From NCBI GenBank assembly GCA_040754455.1, contig JBFMCP010000008.1, positions 33,483-90,330 on the forward strand: 56,848 bases of DNA, given 5' to 3'. This stretch comes from Nitrospirota bacterium. Lineage in GTDB: Bacteria > Nitrospirota > Thermodesulfovibrionia > Thermodesulfovibrionales > Dissulfurispiraceae. The translations under genes were made by a program, and so were the position numbers. The notes below the pieces were generated by a model that was not told the origin of the DNA, made no database searches, and saw nothing but the letters and a program-made list of their open reading frames with translations. Positions 36,692-47,227 of this stretch are shown one piece after another. How positions within the stretch are numbered: the stretch's first letter is position 1; each line of letters opens with the position of its first letter.

Positions 36692-36952
36692 ATGAAGAAA
36701 TTCATGGCATTGTTGGTAGCACTTCTTTTTGCATTCGCAATGACCACCGTTGCTTTTGCAGCTGACAAGGCAGCTGATAAGGCCGCTGCTCCGAAGATGG
36801 AGGAGAAGAAGGACGCAAAGGCTGACGAAAAGAAAGCTGACGAAAAGAAAGCTGAGAAGAAGAAGGCTAAAAAGAAGGCTAAGAAAGACGAGAAGAAGGC
36901 TGACGAGGCTGCAGCTCCGAAGGCTGAAGAGAAGAAGGCTGAGAAGAAATAA
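36692..36952 (+). CDS. Small exported Lys/Ala/Glu-rich low-complexity protein
   Basis: AGGAGGTG RBS, signal peptide ending AFA, KADEKK repeats. Confidence 0.85.
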   Translation: MKKFMALLVALLFAFAMTTVAFAADKAADKAAAPKMEEKKDAKADEKKADEKKAEKKKAKKKAKKDEKKADEAAAPKAEEKKAEKK

Positions 36953-36969
36953 TTATTCTTCTTACTATC

Positions 36970-37003
36970 AAGGGCAGGTGGTTCTCTCACCTGCCCTTAT
37001 TTA
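36970..37003 (+). terminator. Hairpin terminator
   Basis: AAGGGCAGGTG-N7-CACCTGCCCTT. Confidence 0.65.
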
Positions 37004-37032
37004 TGCGCAGCTCATACTGTGAAGGGGGTATC

Positions 37033-37458
37033 ATGAGAAAGGTATTTTACATTATCATGGCAATGTTCCTCGTTGTTGCCGTTGCAGGGATTGCCGGCGC
37101 TGCCGAGAAGGTGAAGATAAAGCAGTATACGGGAGAGGTGGTTACCATTGATGCGACGGCCAAGTCACTTACGGTGAAAGGCAAAAAGGCGGAGATCGTC
37201 TTTACGGCCGATGAGAAGACAACAGTGAAAGTAGGCAAAGAAAAGAAATCTCTCACCGATGTAAAGATCGGCGATAAGGTGGTCGTAAAATATTCCGAAG
37301 TTGACGGCAAAAATCTCGTACGCAGCATAGAGGTAAAGCCAGAAAAGACCGAAAAGAAAGGCCCGGAGTCTGCTAAACCCGCAGAACCTGCAAAGCCTGC
37401 AGCAAAGCCGGCTGAGCCTGCAAAACCTGTAGCAAAGCCGAAAACCGGCGGTTACTAA
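37033..37458 (+). CDS. Exported OB-fold-like protein with a Pro/Ala/Lys tail
   Basis: Signal peptide, beta-rich domain (GEVVTID..DVKIGDKVVVKY), PAEPAK repeats. Confidence 0.75.
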   Translation: MRKVFYIIMAMFLVVAVAGIAGAAEKVKIKQYTGEVVTIDATAKSLTVKGKKAEIVFTADEKTTVKVGKEKKSLTDVKIGDKVVVKYSEVDGKNLVRSIEVKPEKTEKKGPESAKPAEPAKPAAKPAEPAKPVAKPKTGGY

Positions 37459-37614
37459 AAGGGATCAATACAGTAGGGAAGAGAGGCCTCCTGAAAAGGC
37501 GTGCCTCTCTTTTTTTGACCTTTCCTGCGATGCTGCGATAAAATAACACCTCTTTCGTTAGCACGATATTCATACATATATAAGAATAATATACCTATAT
37601 TCGGAGGCTTGTTG

Positions 37615-38781
37615 ATGATTACCATCCAGATGGCAGACCGCGTCAAGAGTTTACCACCCTACCTCTTCGCATCGATCGACAAAATGAAGCAGGAGGCGCT
37701 TGCAAAAGGAGTTGATCTGATCGATTTGAGTATCGGCGACCCCGATCTCCCCACGCCGGCACACATTGTTGAAGCCATGAAAGAGGCTGTTGAAAAGCCG
37801 GTGCACCATCGCTATCCCTCGTATGAGGGCATGCTCTCCTATCGTGAAGCAGTCGCTCAATGGTATACGCAGCGGTTCAATGTATCCCTCGACCCCAGAA
37901 CTGAAGTGCTCTCGCTCATCGGCTCAAAAGAAGGCATCGGACATATACCGCTCGCCTTTGTGAATCCCGGAGATGTGGTGCTCGTTCCCTCCCCCGGGTA
38001 CCCGGTCTATCCTGTCGGGACGCTCTTTGCAGGCGGTGAATCGCACATCATGCCCCTCAGGGAGGAGAACGGATTTCTTCCTGACTTCAAGGCGATCCCC
38101 GAGGATATCCTGAAAAGGGCCAAGCTGATGTTCCTTAATTATCCTAATAATCCTACTGCGGCGATTGCAGGCGAGAAATTCTTCAGGGAAGCCATAGCCC
38201 TTGCTGTAAAGTACAACATCATTATCTGCCACGACGCAGCGTATTCCGAAGTGTACTATGATGGTGAACGGCCTATGAGCTTTCTGCAGGTCGATGGTGC
38301 AAAAGAGGTCGGCATCGAGTTTCACTCACTCTCCAAAACCTATAATATGACCGGCTGGAGGATCGGATTCGCCGTAGGAAATAAGGACGTTATTGCCGGG
38401 CTCGGAAAGATCAAGTCAAATCTTGACTCGGGAGTCTTCCAGGCGATTCAGGAGGCAAGCATTGTCGCCCTCCAGACCGAGGAGCCGGTCCTCTCGGAGA
38501 TCAGGAATGTATATCAGAAACGCAGAGATACCCTTTACGAGGGGCTTACCGGGCTCGGCATCAAGGTGAACAGGCCAAAGGCAACATTCTATCTCTGGGC
38601 GCATGTGCCGTCGGGCTTTGATTCGACGACATTCGTGAGCCATCTCCTGAACAAGGCGGGGGTCCTCGGTACGCCGGGGGTCGGCTTCGGTGCACCCGGT
38701 GAGGGATATATACGTTTTGCCCTGACCCAGTCTGCGGAGCGCATTCAGGAGGCAGTGGAGAGGATAAAGAAAACGCTATAA
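37615..38781 (+). CDS. dapL: LL-diaminopimelate aminotransferase (class I/II)
   Basis: LPPYLFA, LIGSKEG, NYPNNPT, SLSKTYNMTGWRIG. Confidence 0.85.
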   Translation: MITIQMADRVKSLPPYLFASIDKMKQEALAKGVDLIDLSIGDPDLPTPAHIVEAMKEAVEKPVHHRYPSYEGMLSYREAVAQWYTQRFNVSLDPRTEVLSLIGSKEGIGHIPLAFVNPGDVVLVPSPGYPVYPVGTLFAGGESHIMPLREENGFLPDFKAIPEDILKRAKLMFLNYPNNPTAAIAGEKFFREAIALAVKYNIIICHDAAYSEVYYDGERPMSFLQVDGAKEVGIEFHSLSKTYNMTGWRIGFAVGNKDVIAGLGKIKSNLDSGVFQAIQEASIVALQTEEPVLSEIRNVYQKRRDTLYEGLTGLGIKVNRPKATFYLWAHVPSGFDSTTFVSHLLNKAGVLGTPGVGFGAPGEGYIRFALTQSAERIQEAVERIKKTL

Positions 38782-38795
38782 CACTGCACGCATCT

Positions 38796-39257
38796 ATGGC
38801 AATTGTCCATATCGGCATCGGTTCGAACCTCGGGAATCGGGAAGCTCACTGCATGAGCGCTGTAGAGCGGCTCAAGGAAAAAGGCTTCGCGGTTAAGAGG
38901 GTTTCCTCCTTCTATGAGACAAAGCCGTGGGGCGTAGTGGACCAGCCCGATTTTATCAATATGGCAGTGGAGGCGGAGACATCACTGCTGGCTGATGAGG
39001 TGCTGACCGCACTGAAAGGTATCGAACGGGAGATGGGCAGGGAGGCGACGGTCAAATGGGGCCCCCGCCTCATCGATCTTGACATCCTCTTTTATAATGA
39101 CGAAGTTATTAATAGGGAACATCTCCGTGTACCCCATCCTTTAATGCAGGAAAGAGATTTCGTGTTGCTTCCACTCGCAGAGATTGCTCCGGATAAGGTG
39201 CACCCGGTGCTGAAGAAAACCGTCAAACAGCTCAAGGAGGAGTTGCAGAATGGTTAA
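38796..39257 (+). CDS. folK: HPPK (folate synthesis)
   Basis: IGIGSNLG, WGPRLIDLDIL, PHP. Confidence 0.96.
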   Translation: MAIVHIGIGSNLGNREAHCMSAVERLKEKGFAVKRVSSFYETKPWGVVDQPDFINMAVEAETSLLADEVLTALKGIEREMGREATVKWGPRLIDLDILFYNDEVINREHLRVPHPLMQERDFVLLPLAEIAPDKVHPVLKKTVKQLKEELQNG

Positions 39258-39642
39258 GACGCTGAACATTAAGAGCAGGTCCAAGACCGAATTTATCGAT
39301 ATCACGGATGAGGTGCGCGAGCTCATCACCGAGGCAGGGGTGAGGAGCGGCATCTGCTATGTGTATGTGCCCCACACTACTGCAGGAGTAACCATCAACG
39401 AGGGAGCGGACCCCTCGGTAAAAAGGGACATCCTTACCACGCTGAACAGATTGATCCCCTTTGAAGGCGACTACCAGCATATGGAGGGAAATTCTGCTGC
39501 CCATATCAAATCCACGCTGGTCGGTGTCACCCAATCCGTGCTGATCGAGGAGGGCAAGCCCCTGCTCGGCACCTGGCAATCCATCTATTTCTGCGAATTC
39601 GATGGCCCGAGACACCGGAGAGTCCTAGTCAAAATCATCTGA
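39250..39642 (+). CDS. YjbQ (UPF0047) family protein
   Basis: PHTTAG..NE, HMEGNSAAHIK, LGTWQ..EFDGPR. Confidence 0.92.
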   Translation: MVKTLNIKSRSKTEFIDITDEVRELITEAGVRSGICYVYVPHTTAGVTINEGADPSVKRDILTTLNRLIPFEGDYQHMEGNSAAHIKSTLVGVTQSVLIEEGKPLLGTWQSIYFCEFDGPRHRRVLVKII

Positions 39643-39933
39643 TCCCTCATTTTGGATTTCAAATATCATTTTTTCTCTTTTCTGGACATAGGCGACGCAG
39701 ACAGGAAGGGGCGCTCCGAGGAGCTTTCTCATGCGCATTGATTCTATAATAATAGATATGCCTCTCTTGTCTGTAGAACAGGTGGTATCAAGGATGTGAG
39801 ATATTAGTGGAAGTATAAGGAATCGCGAGAAAACTCTTTTCCGTCCCCTTCCCCGCCAGCTAAACATGTCCAAGCGTATAGCCATGACCTCTCTGCGATT
39901 GTCAAAGGAAAGATAAAGATATAAGATAGAGAA

Positions 39934-40785
39934 ATGACAGCAGAGGATACCCGGGAGATCGAATTTCTGCGGTCGGAGGTCAAACGGCTCAGGGCTGCTT
40001 TGAATGAGCTGACCCCCTCCTTGCCGTCACTGCTCAAGCGGAGAGGATTCAGGATCTACAAAAAGGAGCCGCAGGATGATCTCCTGCTGCCCGAAAGTAC
40101 ATTTATCGACAGTTACTATGCGATGCTCAAAAAATATTCCTTCAGGCTCTTTCTCAGGGATGTCATAAAGCACCAACCGGTGTTCACCCTCGCACAGGTG
40201 ACACGGTATGCTACAAAAGAAGTCACCGAAGAGTATATCGCGTATCTCGCAACAATCCGCCTCGTTGCCCGTGATAATAACTCATATATATTGGAGAGAG
40301 GGCCTATTAAGAGCTTCGGAGCAACGCTCGAGTGGTTTGTGGCCGAGATCTTCAAGCGGGAGTTTGCCGCCGAGGCGGTATGGGGAGTGAAGATGAAGCG
40401 GCCGCTGGTGGGCGGGGATTACGATCTGCTCGCAAAGCTCGACGGATCAATTCTCTATATGGAGGTCAAATCCTCGCCGCCGAAGCAGATTTTTCAAAAA
40501 GAAATCAGCTCATTTTTCGGAAGGGTCCAGGATCTCATGCCGGGTCTCGCGGTATTTTTTATCGATACCGAGCTGAGGATGAAAGACAAGATGGTCCCTA
40601 TGTTCGAGGATGAGTTGAGGGCCCGGTTCATTACCCCTTCGGCGGTGAAGCGGATGGAAAAAGAGCTGTTTGAGATAAAGGGTAGTGGGATAAATATGCC
40701 CGATCTGTTTATAATAAATGCTAAGGACAGCATCGAGAGCAATATCGAAAAGGTGCTGGCGAGGTATTACAGGAGGAACCAATGA
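39934..40785 (+). CDS. Hypothetical protein with a PD-(D/E)XK-like motif
   Basis: GDYDLLA..YMEVKS. Confidence 0.6.
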   Translation: MTAEDTREIEFLRSEVKRLRAALNELTPSLPSLLKRRGFRIYKKEPQDDLLLPESTFIDSYYAMLKKYSFRLFLRDVIKHQPVFTLAQVTRYATKEVTEEYIAYLATIRLVARDNNSYILERGPIKSFGATLEWFVAEIFKREFAAEAVWGVKMKRPLVGGDYDLLAKLDGSILYMEVKSSPPKQIFQKEISSFFGRVQDLMPGLAVFFIDTELRMKDKMVPMFEDELRARFITPSAVKRMEKELFEIKGSGINMPDLFIINAKDSIESNIEKVLARYYRRNQ

Positions 40786-40931
40786 GTGATAAGAAGGAAT
40801 TATGCATTGTGTGCGCATGGAGGGCTACCTGCCAGAAGCAGTTTGCCATGAAGGCAGGCCAGCGCTGCCCTGACTATGCAAAAGATCTCACCATAAAAGA
40901 AGAGAAGGAAGCGACGGAGAAAAAGTCGTAG
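40782..40931 (+). CDS. 49-aa Cys-rich protein (absent from the ORF track)
   Basis: AGGAGG RBS, ATGA overlap; CIVCAWRATC-x11-C. Confidence 0.7.
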   Translation: MSDKKELCIVCAWRATCQKQFAMKAGQRCPDYAKDLTIKEEKEATEKKS

Positions 40932-40999
40932 GCATATCAAAAGAGACGTTTCTCACCAGTAGTAATCCACTTTGAAGAGCTCACCAGGAAGGTTTTTTT

Positions 41000-41986
41000 G
41001 TGAAAAAAGCAATAATCAGAACAATAGTTTTTCTTGCAGGAATCGTAAGCGCCCTTTTTATTCTGAGAGGGCAGGGTTTGGCAATAGTGAAATCAGATAC
41101 GCCACAGCCGGTTACCTATTCCGGGCCCACGGAGATCAACGCATCAAAAAATTACTTTATTATCATCGGCGATATCAAACAGAAAAGCACTCTGGAGTTC
41201 TTGCGTGAGGGCAATAAGAGAGGGCGAAAGCTCGTTCTTGCTGAAATCGTCAAACGCGGGCCTGCCTTCGTTGTCAATCTCGGTGATCTGGTCAGCAGGG
41301 GGAGCTCGGACAAGCGCTGGAGGAGGTTCGACGAGCTGCATAAGGAGTTTCGCGAGAGGCGTATCCCCTATTTCCCGATACTGGGCAACCATGAACTGTA
41401 CGGGAACGATAATAAGGCGCTTGGAAACTTTTTCATGCGCTTCCCCTATCTCAATCAGCAGCGCTGGTACAGCTTTACCTGGGAGGGCACGGCGTTTATC
41501 ATGCTCGATTCCAATTTCTCTACATTGACGGCGGAACAGAACACCCAGCAACTCAGGTGGTATATCGAGGAACTGGAGCGGTTTGAAAGGGATGAGCAGG
41601 TGCGGCATGTTATTGTTGTTTCTCATCAGCCTCCGTTTACCAATAACTGGTCAGGCGGACCCAGCCGTAGCGTTCAAAAGTATTTTGCCGAACCGTTCCT
41701 CCGGTTCAGGAAGACGGCGCTTTTTCTGAGCGGCCATGTGCATACCTATGAGCGGTTCGAAAAGGGAGGGAAGCATTTCGTCGTCTCCGGCGGCGGTGGT
41801 GCGCCGCGGAGCAGCGTGATTACTGATCTTGCTCTGCAGCGCTACGAGGACCTGTTCTCAGGGCCCGAGCGCCGGGCCCTTCATTTCTGTCAGATAGAAA
41901 GACGGGACAAGGCCCTTTTATTCAGTATGCTGCGGCTTGAACCGGATGGAAGCTTTTCTTTAGCGGATGCGTTGACTATTCAATAA
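41000..41986 (+). CDS. Exported metallophosphoesterase
   Basis: IGD, GDLV, GNHE, SHQP, GHVH motifs. Confidence 0.88.
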   Translation: MKKAIIRTIVFLAGIVSALFILRGQGLAIVKSDTPQPVTYSGPTEINASKNYFIIIGDIKQKSTLEFLREGNKRGRKLVLAEIVKRGPAFVVNLGDLVSRGSSDKRWRRFDELHKEFRERRIPYFPILGNHELYGNDNKALGNFFMRFPYLNQQRWYSFTWEGTAFIMLDSNFSTLTAEQNTQQLRWYIEELERFERDEQVRHVIVVSHQPPFTNNWSGGPSRSVQKYFAEPFLRFRKTALFLSGHVHTYERFEKGGKHFVVSGGGGAPRSSVITDLALQRYEDLFSGPERRALHFCQIERRDKALLFSMLRLEPDGSFSLADALTIQ

Positions 41987-42017
41987 CAGGCAGGGCTTAT
42001 GTTAAGCGGGAAGGGGC

Positions 42018-43391
42018 CTACCAGCCGTCGATGCTTTTTACCGATTGCTCCACCGATTGTTTGTCGGAGGTCATTCCGAGATTATCGTATGCTTTGATGG
42101 CGACAGAATATGCTTTTTTAGCTTTGGCGATATTCTCTTTGCGATTATGCAGCCTCGAGAGGACGACGTACAGATCACCTACAATCGAGTGGACCAGTGC
42201 AAAATCGAGCGAGGCTTCGGCAGTATGGCCGAGCGCTTTCTGATAGAGGGCTATCCCCTCTTCCAGGAGCGTATCTTCATATTTTAAATAGTAAAGCTTT
42301 GTCTTAATACTGCCAAGGCGCTTATAGATAGATGCCACTTCGTTGTTCGTCAGGAAGAGATCCTTTTCATGGTAGAGCTGGAGCATGCGTTCGTAGTGCC
42401 CTGCTGCATCGAGCAGCATGGCATAGAGCGCCTCTTTGTCCTGATCGCCCTCTGACGCAGTGTCGAGATGTTCGATAATGAGCATGGTGGAATCCCCCAA
42501 GTCCTGGAGCACCGCGAAAAGCTCGAGGGGCTGGCCGCTTTTCCCGACGTGGTCAGCAAGGGTTTTGAGTACATTGAGCGCACTATCCATATAGGGGATC
42601 TCTTTTGTGAGGTAGAAAAGCTTCTTAAGGGCAGCGGTTTTGGCTTTAAGGATGGTTGTGTGCTCAAGGGGATATTCTTCGATGGTGTAGGTTTGCAGCG
42701 CTGCATCATAGATGTCCACTGCCTTTGTCAGAGACCGCACGGCATTCGAACGGGTTTCGGTATCTGCAAGTTCTACGTATACCGTACCCAGCGCCTGCTG
42801 CACTGCAGCATAGCCCGCAGCAGAAAAAAGCTCTCGATACGCGGACCCTTTAAGAGGACTCCCCTGTGTCTTGACAACATCTATGTCGGTAAGGGCTGAA
42901 GAGAGCAGCGTTTCCGCTCTCTTCAGATAAGCTGCCTGGTCCTTTGTTTTTACCTCCTTGGCAAAGGCAGTGTAGAGTGTGCCGAGACTGCAGTACGTCT
43001 CGATCTTTTTCAACCTTTTTTCCATGTCGCCGTCTGCAGGAGGCAGGCAGCGCAAGAACTCTTCATAGTTCTGAATTGCCCTGTTATAGAACTCAGCGTT
43101 TTCGATGGATTTTCTCTGGAAGCATTTCCCTTTCCCGTACTTGCAGAGGGCGTAGATATCCCGGAAGGAGTCTTGCCTGCTGTTCCTCGTTATCGTTGCC
43201 GCAATTTCTTCATAGATCTTCAGGGCGTCATCGTACATACTATTTTGTTGCAAGGCCAGAGCGTTATCAATGCGGGACAAAAACTTCTGCCGGGTCTTTT
43301 TCAAGGACTGTTCGACGGCATAGCTGTACAGATAGAATGCCGATGACAGTGTGAAGAACCCTATTATGCTACCTAAAACGATACCTGTCAT
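42018..43391 (-). CDS. Membrane-anchored TPR-like protein
   Basis: N-terminal TM, repeated helical LG..Y..A..Y motifs. Confidence 0.7.
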   Translation of the reverse strand: MTGIVLGSIIGFFTLSSAFYLYSYAVEQSLKKTRQKFLSRIDNALALQQNSMYDDALKIYEEIAATITRNSRQDSFRDIYALCKYGKGKCFQRKSIENAEFYNRAIQNYEEFLRCLPPADGDMEKRLKKIETYCSLGTLYTAFAKEVKTKDQAAYLKRAETLLSSALTDIDVVKTQGSPLKGSAYRELFSAAGYAAVQQALGTVYVELADTETRSNAVRSLTKAVDIYDAALQTYTIEEYPLEHTTILKAKTAALKKLFYLTKEIPYMDSALNVLKTLADHVGKSGQPLELFAVLQDLGDSTMLIIEHLDTASEGDQDKEALYAMLLDAAGHYERMLQLYHEKDLFLTNNEVASIYKRLGSIKTKLYYLKYEDTLLEEGIALYQKALGHTAEASLDFALVHSIVGDLYVVLSRLHNRKENIAKAKKAYSVAIKAYDNLGMTSDKQSVEQSVKSIDGW

Positions 43392-43615
43392 CGCAGCATT
43401 TCACCAATGCCCGGAGTAATGAAAAGAGGCATTCTTATCATACGAAGGGAATTGTATGCTCTTCGCAGCACGAAACGGCTCCCCGTGTGAGTAAATTTTC
43501 ATACATATGCGGTATGCCTATACTGATTAATCGTGTAATTTGCTGCTTTCTTAAGTACTTTTCCGGGAGAAATTCTTTGAGCAGGACGGGACAGGACGAA
43601 AATGATCGGACTCTT

Positions 43616-45343
43616 TTATTTTCTGCGTTTACGGGGCTTAAGGTGTTGCAGTAATTTTGCGGCATCCCGTGTATTCACTATATCATCCTTTTCCAGCCAT
43701 CCTCTCCGCGCAATGGATACCCCGTAGCTCATATATTCGAACTGATTGGTGACATGGGTATCGGTGTTTATGGCGATGAGGATGCCCATTCCTTTCGCCT
43801 TTTTCACATACATATCGGTGAGGTCGAGGCGGAACGGTGATGCGTTGATTTCGATGGCGGTGCCGGTCTCTTTTGCGACACTGAAGATTTCATCAATATC
43901 AAGCTCATAGGCATCGCGTTCCCCGATAAGTCTGCCGGTGGGATGGGCGATAATGCTTACGTAGGGGTTTTTCATTGCAGAAACGATGCGATAGGTGAGC
44001 TGCTCCTTGGACTGATTGAATCCCGAATGGATCGAGGCGACGACGATATCGAGATCTTTCAGCGCCTCATCCGGGAGGTCCAGGCTTCCGTTGCTCCTGA
44101 TGTCCACTTCCGTGCCTTTGAGTATCTTGAAGCCCCTCATTTTCTTATTGAGTGCATCGAGTTCTTTCCCCTGCTCACGAAGCCTCTCGACGGTTAAGCC
44201 ATGCGCGACGCCGAGCCCTTTGGAGTGGTCGGTAATGGCGATATAAGCATACCCCCGCTTCCGCGCCGCCTCCGCCACTTGCTCGAATGTGTGGGCCCCG
44301 TCGCTCCACTTCGAATGCACATGGAGGTCGCCCCGTATATCCTTGAGGGTAACAAGATTCGGAAGCTTTCCTTTCATCGCAGCTTCTACTTCCCCCTGAT
44401 CCTCTCTCAACTCAGGCGGGATATAGGGAAGACCGAGAACGCGGTAAACATCTTCTTCTCTCTCCCCCCCCACTTTTTTATTATCCTTCTCCCGAAAGAT
44501 GCCGTATTCGTTCAGCTTGAGTCCCTTTCTGATCGCTATCTCTCTGAGCTTTATATTGTGCTCCTTGCTTCCGGTGAAATAGGCGAGCGCTGCACCATAG
44601 GCCTCTTTCTCGACCACCCGCAGATCAACCTGAAGCCCCTCGTTAATAATAACGCTGGACTTCGTCGGTCCATGTGCCAGCACCTCTTTTACGCGAGGGA
44701 GATTAACGAAGATATTCATCACTTCATCCGGATTATTCGAGGTCGCAAGGAGATCGATGTCCTTGATGGTGTCTTTCCATCTCCTGATACTTCCCGCGAT
44801 GTCAAGATTGGCAACAGGGGCCTTCTTTTTGAGCTGTTCGTAAATATCATTGGCAATCGGCAGGACTTTTCCAATGGGCTGACGCTCCTTGCCCCGTTTG
44901 ATCATCTGGATGCCTTTCAGAATATTTTCTTCTGTTTTTGCCCGTATGTTCGGCAGCTCTCTGAGCTTATGCTCCACCGCAAGCCTCTCCAGCTCATCAA
45001 GGCTCTTCACATGTAATTGCTCATAGAGCTGCTTCGCGGTCTTCGGCCCGAGGCTCGGCACGGTGAGGAGGGTCAGCAGTCCGGCAGGGAGCTCGGCCTT
45101 CAGGTCCTCATAGGCCTTTATCTTTCCGGTGGTGAGATACTCTTCGATCTTGTCCGCTAGGTCCTTGCCAATGCCGGGTATTTCCATAAGCTCTTTTTTG
45201 GGAATATCCTCAACACGTTTCGAAAGGCTTTCAATATTCAGCGCAGCCCTGCGATAGGCACGGATGCGAAAGGGATTTTCGTCCTTGAGCTCGAGACGGT
45301 CGGCGATTTCGTTGAATATTCGTGCGATCTCCTGGTTTTTCAT
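43616..45343 (-). CDS. polX: DNA polymerase X with PHP domain
   Basis: AGSIRR..DIDL, VDLR, FTGSKEHN, DLHVHS, TDHS, DTH. Confidence 0.95.
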   Translation of the reverse strand: MKNQEIARIFNEIADRLELKDENPFRIRAYRRAALNIESLSKRVEDIPKKELMEIPGIGKDLADKIEEYLTTGKIKAYEDLKAELPAGLLTLLTVPSLGPKTAKQLYEQLHVKSLDELERLAVEHKLRELPNIRAKTEENILKGIQMIKRGKERQPIGKVLPIANDIYEQLKKKAPVANLDIAGSIRRWKDTIKDIDLLATSNNPDEVMNIFVNLPRVKEVLAHGPTKSSVIINEGLQVDLRVVEKEAYGAALAYFTGSKEHNIKLREIAIRKGLKLNEYGIFREKDNKKVGGEREEDVYRVLGLPYIPPELREDQGEVEAAMKGKLPNLVTLKDIRGDLHVHSKWSDGAHTFEQVAEAARKRGYAYIAITDHSKGLGVAHGLTVERLREQGKELDALNKKMRGFKILKGTEVDIRSNGSLDLPDEALKDLDIVVASIHSGFNQSKEQLTYRIVSAMKNPYVSIIAHPTGRLIGERDAYELDIDEIFSVAKETGTAIEINASPFRLDLTDMYVKKAKGMGILIAINTDTHVTNQFEYMSYGVSIARRGWLEKDDIVNTRDAAKLLQHLKPRKRRK

Positions 45344-46077
45344 GTCACCGGCTCCATCTGCATAATCTCCATAAGCAGCCGGGCATTTTTGGGCGCATAG
45401 CCATAGGCATCGTTATTGAAGTATATGAAAACATCTTTGCCCTTTCTCATGTATTCGTTTATCCTCTCGGCATCGCTCTCCAGAAACTTTTTTGTGTAGT
45501 CACCGTTGATCCCTTTTGCACCGTGTCTTCTGATATAGACAAAATCGGCAGTGACCGGAAGATCATAGACAAACTCCGGGGCATCGGCCATGCAAAGGCT
45601 TACCTTGTTCTTTTTGCAGAGATTGACGATGTCATCGGTGATCCAGCTTTCATGCCGGAATTCAAAGGTGTGTCGGACAGGATAGCTCTTGAGGAGCTTA
45701 ATAAACTTGTACAATCTCTCGATATCAACATGAAAGTTCGGCGGGAGCTGCCAGAGAACGACCTTCAATTTTTCTTTGAGCAGCTCTGCACGCTCGAAAA
45801 AGAGCTCTAACGGTTCTTTGGGGTCCAGGAGTCTCTTTATATGGGTAATGTACCTGCTCCCTTTGATGGAGAACACGAAATCAGCGGGAGTCTCGTGGTA
45901 CCAGCGGTTAAACGAGCTGGCAAGGGGGAGGCGGTAGAAGGTGACATTCAATTCTACAGTGGAAAAGATGGAGCGATAATGTTCAAGCCAGCGCTTCTGA
46001 GGAAGGCCGTGAGGGTAGAAGGTATCCTTCCAGTGAGGGTAATTGAATCCGCTGCAACCGATAAAGAGCTTTGGCAT
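45340..46077 (-). CDS. DUF72 family protein
   Basis: IGCSGF..W..FYP, TVELNVTFY, ITHIKRL, FEFRH, YFNND. Confidence 0.92.
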   Translation of the reverse strand: MPKLFIGCSGFNYPHWKDTFYPHGLPQKRWLEHYRSIFSTVELNVTFYRLPLASSFNRWYHETPADFVFSIKGSRYITHIKRLLDPKEPLELFFERAELLKEKLKVVLWQLPPNFHVDIERLYKFIKLLKSYPVRHTFEFRHESWITDDIVNLCKKNKVSLCMADAPEFVYDLPVTADFVYIRRHGAKGINGDYTKKFLESDAERINEYMRKGKDVFIYFNNDAYGYAPKNARLLMEIMQMEPVT

Positions 46078-46182
46078 AACTAAATTGTATCACAGCGGAA
46101 AACGGCTGAAAAATTGTGGGTGTTCGGCGGTATGTGGGATACGGAGCAGATGGACTGATGCGGGGAATGGTTTTGTTCATTT

Positions 46183-47148
46183 TCATGATAGAGGGATTGC
46201 TTCCTTTATCTTCTGAAATATTTCATGAGCATCATGAATGCCGGTGACATCGATCCAGGCAATCCCTTCCTCTTTCCGAAACCACGTAAACTGCCGCTTT
46301 GCATAATTTCTCGATCGCTTTTTTATCAATGTGACTGCTTCTTCAAGGCTGATTTCACCAGCTAAATGCAGGGCTAACTCTTTATATCCTATCGCTTGCA
46401 TGGAGCTAAACCGAAGAACCGGTGAATCGGTGTCGCTTTCACCCCATCCCTGTTTCACTGCGTCGTTCAATAACGATATGATATTTTTTACCTCTTCGAG
46501 CAATCCCTGCTCCATCATTGTATCAACTCGTTGATCAATCATCTTGTAAAGCTCTTTCCGGTCTCTGGTAAGCCCTATCTTGAGAAAGTCGTAGGGCAGG
46601 GGTCTGGTAAATTCCTGGTGCAGTTCCGATATCTTCCTGCTGCTCTTGAGACATACCTCCAACGCTCTGATGATCCGTCTTGTATCGGCTGGCATTATCC
46701 CGGAGGCAGCATCGGCATCGAACTCTCTCAAATAGCTATAGAGGAACCCAGGTTCTTCACTCTCTTTCCGGAGCAATTCCCCCCTCAGCTCCCAATCTGC
46801 AGAAGGGCCGGTGAAGATGCCCCGCGTCATCGCTTTGATATACAGGCCTGTACCACCGACGAAGAGAGGTGTTTTGCGCTGCGCAAAGAGGGTTTCGATG
46901 ATCGGCTGGACGGTTTTGACGTATTCGCCCGTGCTGTATGACTCCCAGGGCTCGACAATGTCGATCATGTGGTGCTTCACCTCCCGCTGCTCTTCGGGGG
47001 TCGGCTTGGCGGTTCCGATGTCCATATGCCGGTAGATCTGCATGGAATCGGCGCTTATGATCTCCGTATTCAGCGCTTTGGCAAGGAGAAGGGAGGCCGC
47101 GGTCTTGCCAACGCCGGTAGGGCCGAGGAGGATGATTGTTTTTCCCAT
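46183..47148 (-). CDS. miaA: tRNA dimethylallyltransferase
   Basis: GPTGVGKT, DSMQIY, GTAKP, VGGTGLY, AKRQFTWF. Confidence 0.97.
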   Translation of the reverse strand: MGKTIILLGPTGVGKTAASLLLAKALNTEIISADSMQIYRHMDIGTAKPTPEEQREVKHHMIDIVEPWESYSTGEYVKTVQPIIETLFAQRKTPLFVGGTGLYIKAMTRGIFTGPSADWELRGELLRKESEEPGFLYSYLREFDADAASGIMPADTRRIIRALEVCLKSSRKISELHQEFTRPLPYDFLKIGLTRDRKELYKMIDQRVDTMMEQGLLEEVKNIISLLNDAVKQGWGESDTDSPVLRFSSMQAIGYKELALHLAGEISLEEAVTLIKKRSRNYAKRQFTWFRKEEGIAWIDVTGIHDAHEIFQKIKEAIPLS

Positions 47149-47227
47149 AGAAATTTGCTGTATATCAATGTATAATAGAAAGTTTATTATAATAGATTTA
47201 CTATAGCTATTTCCTAGGAGGGTCACG

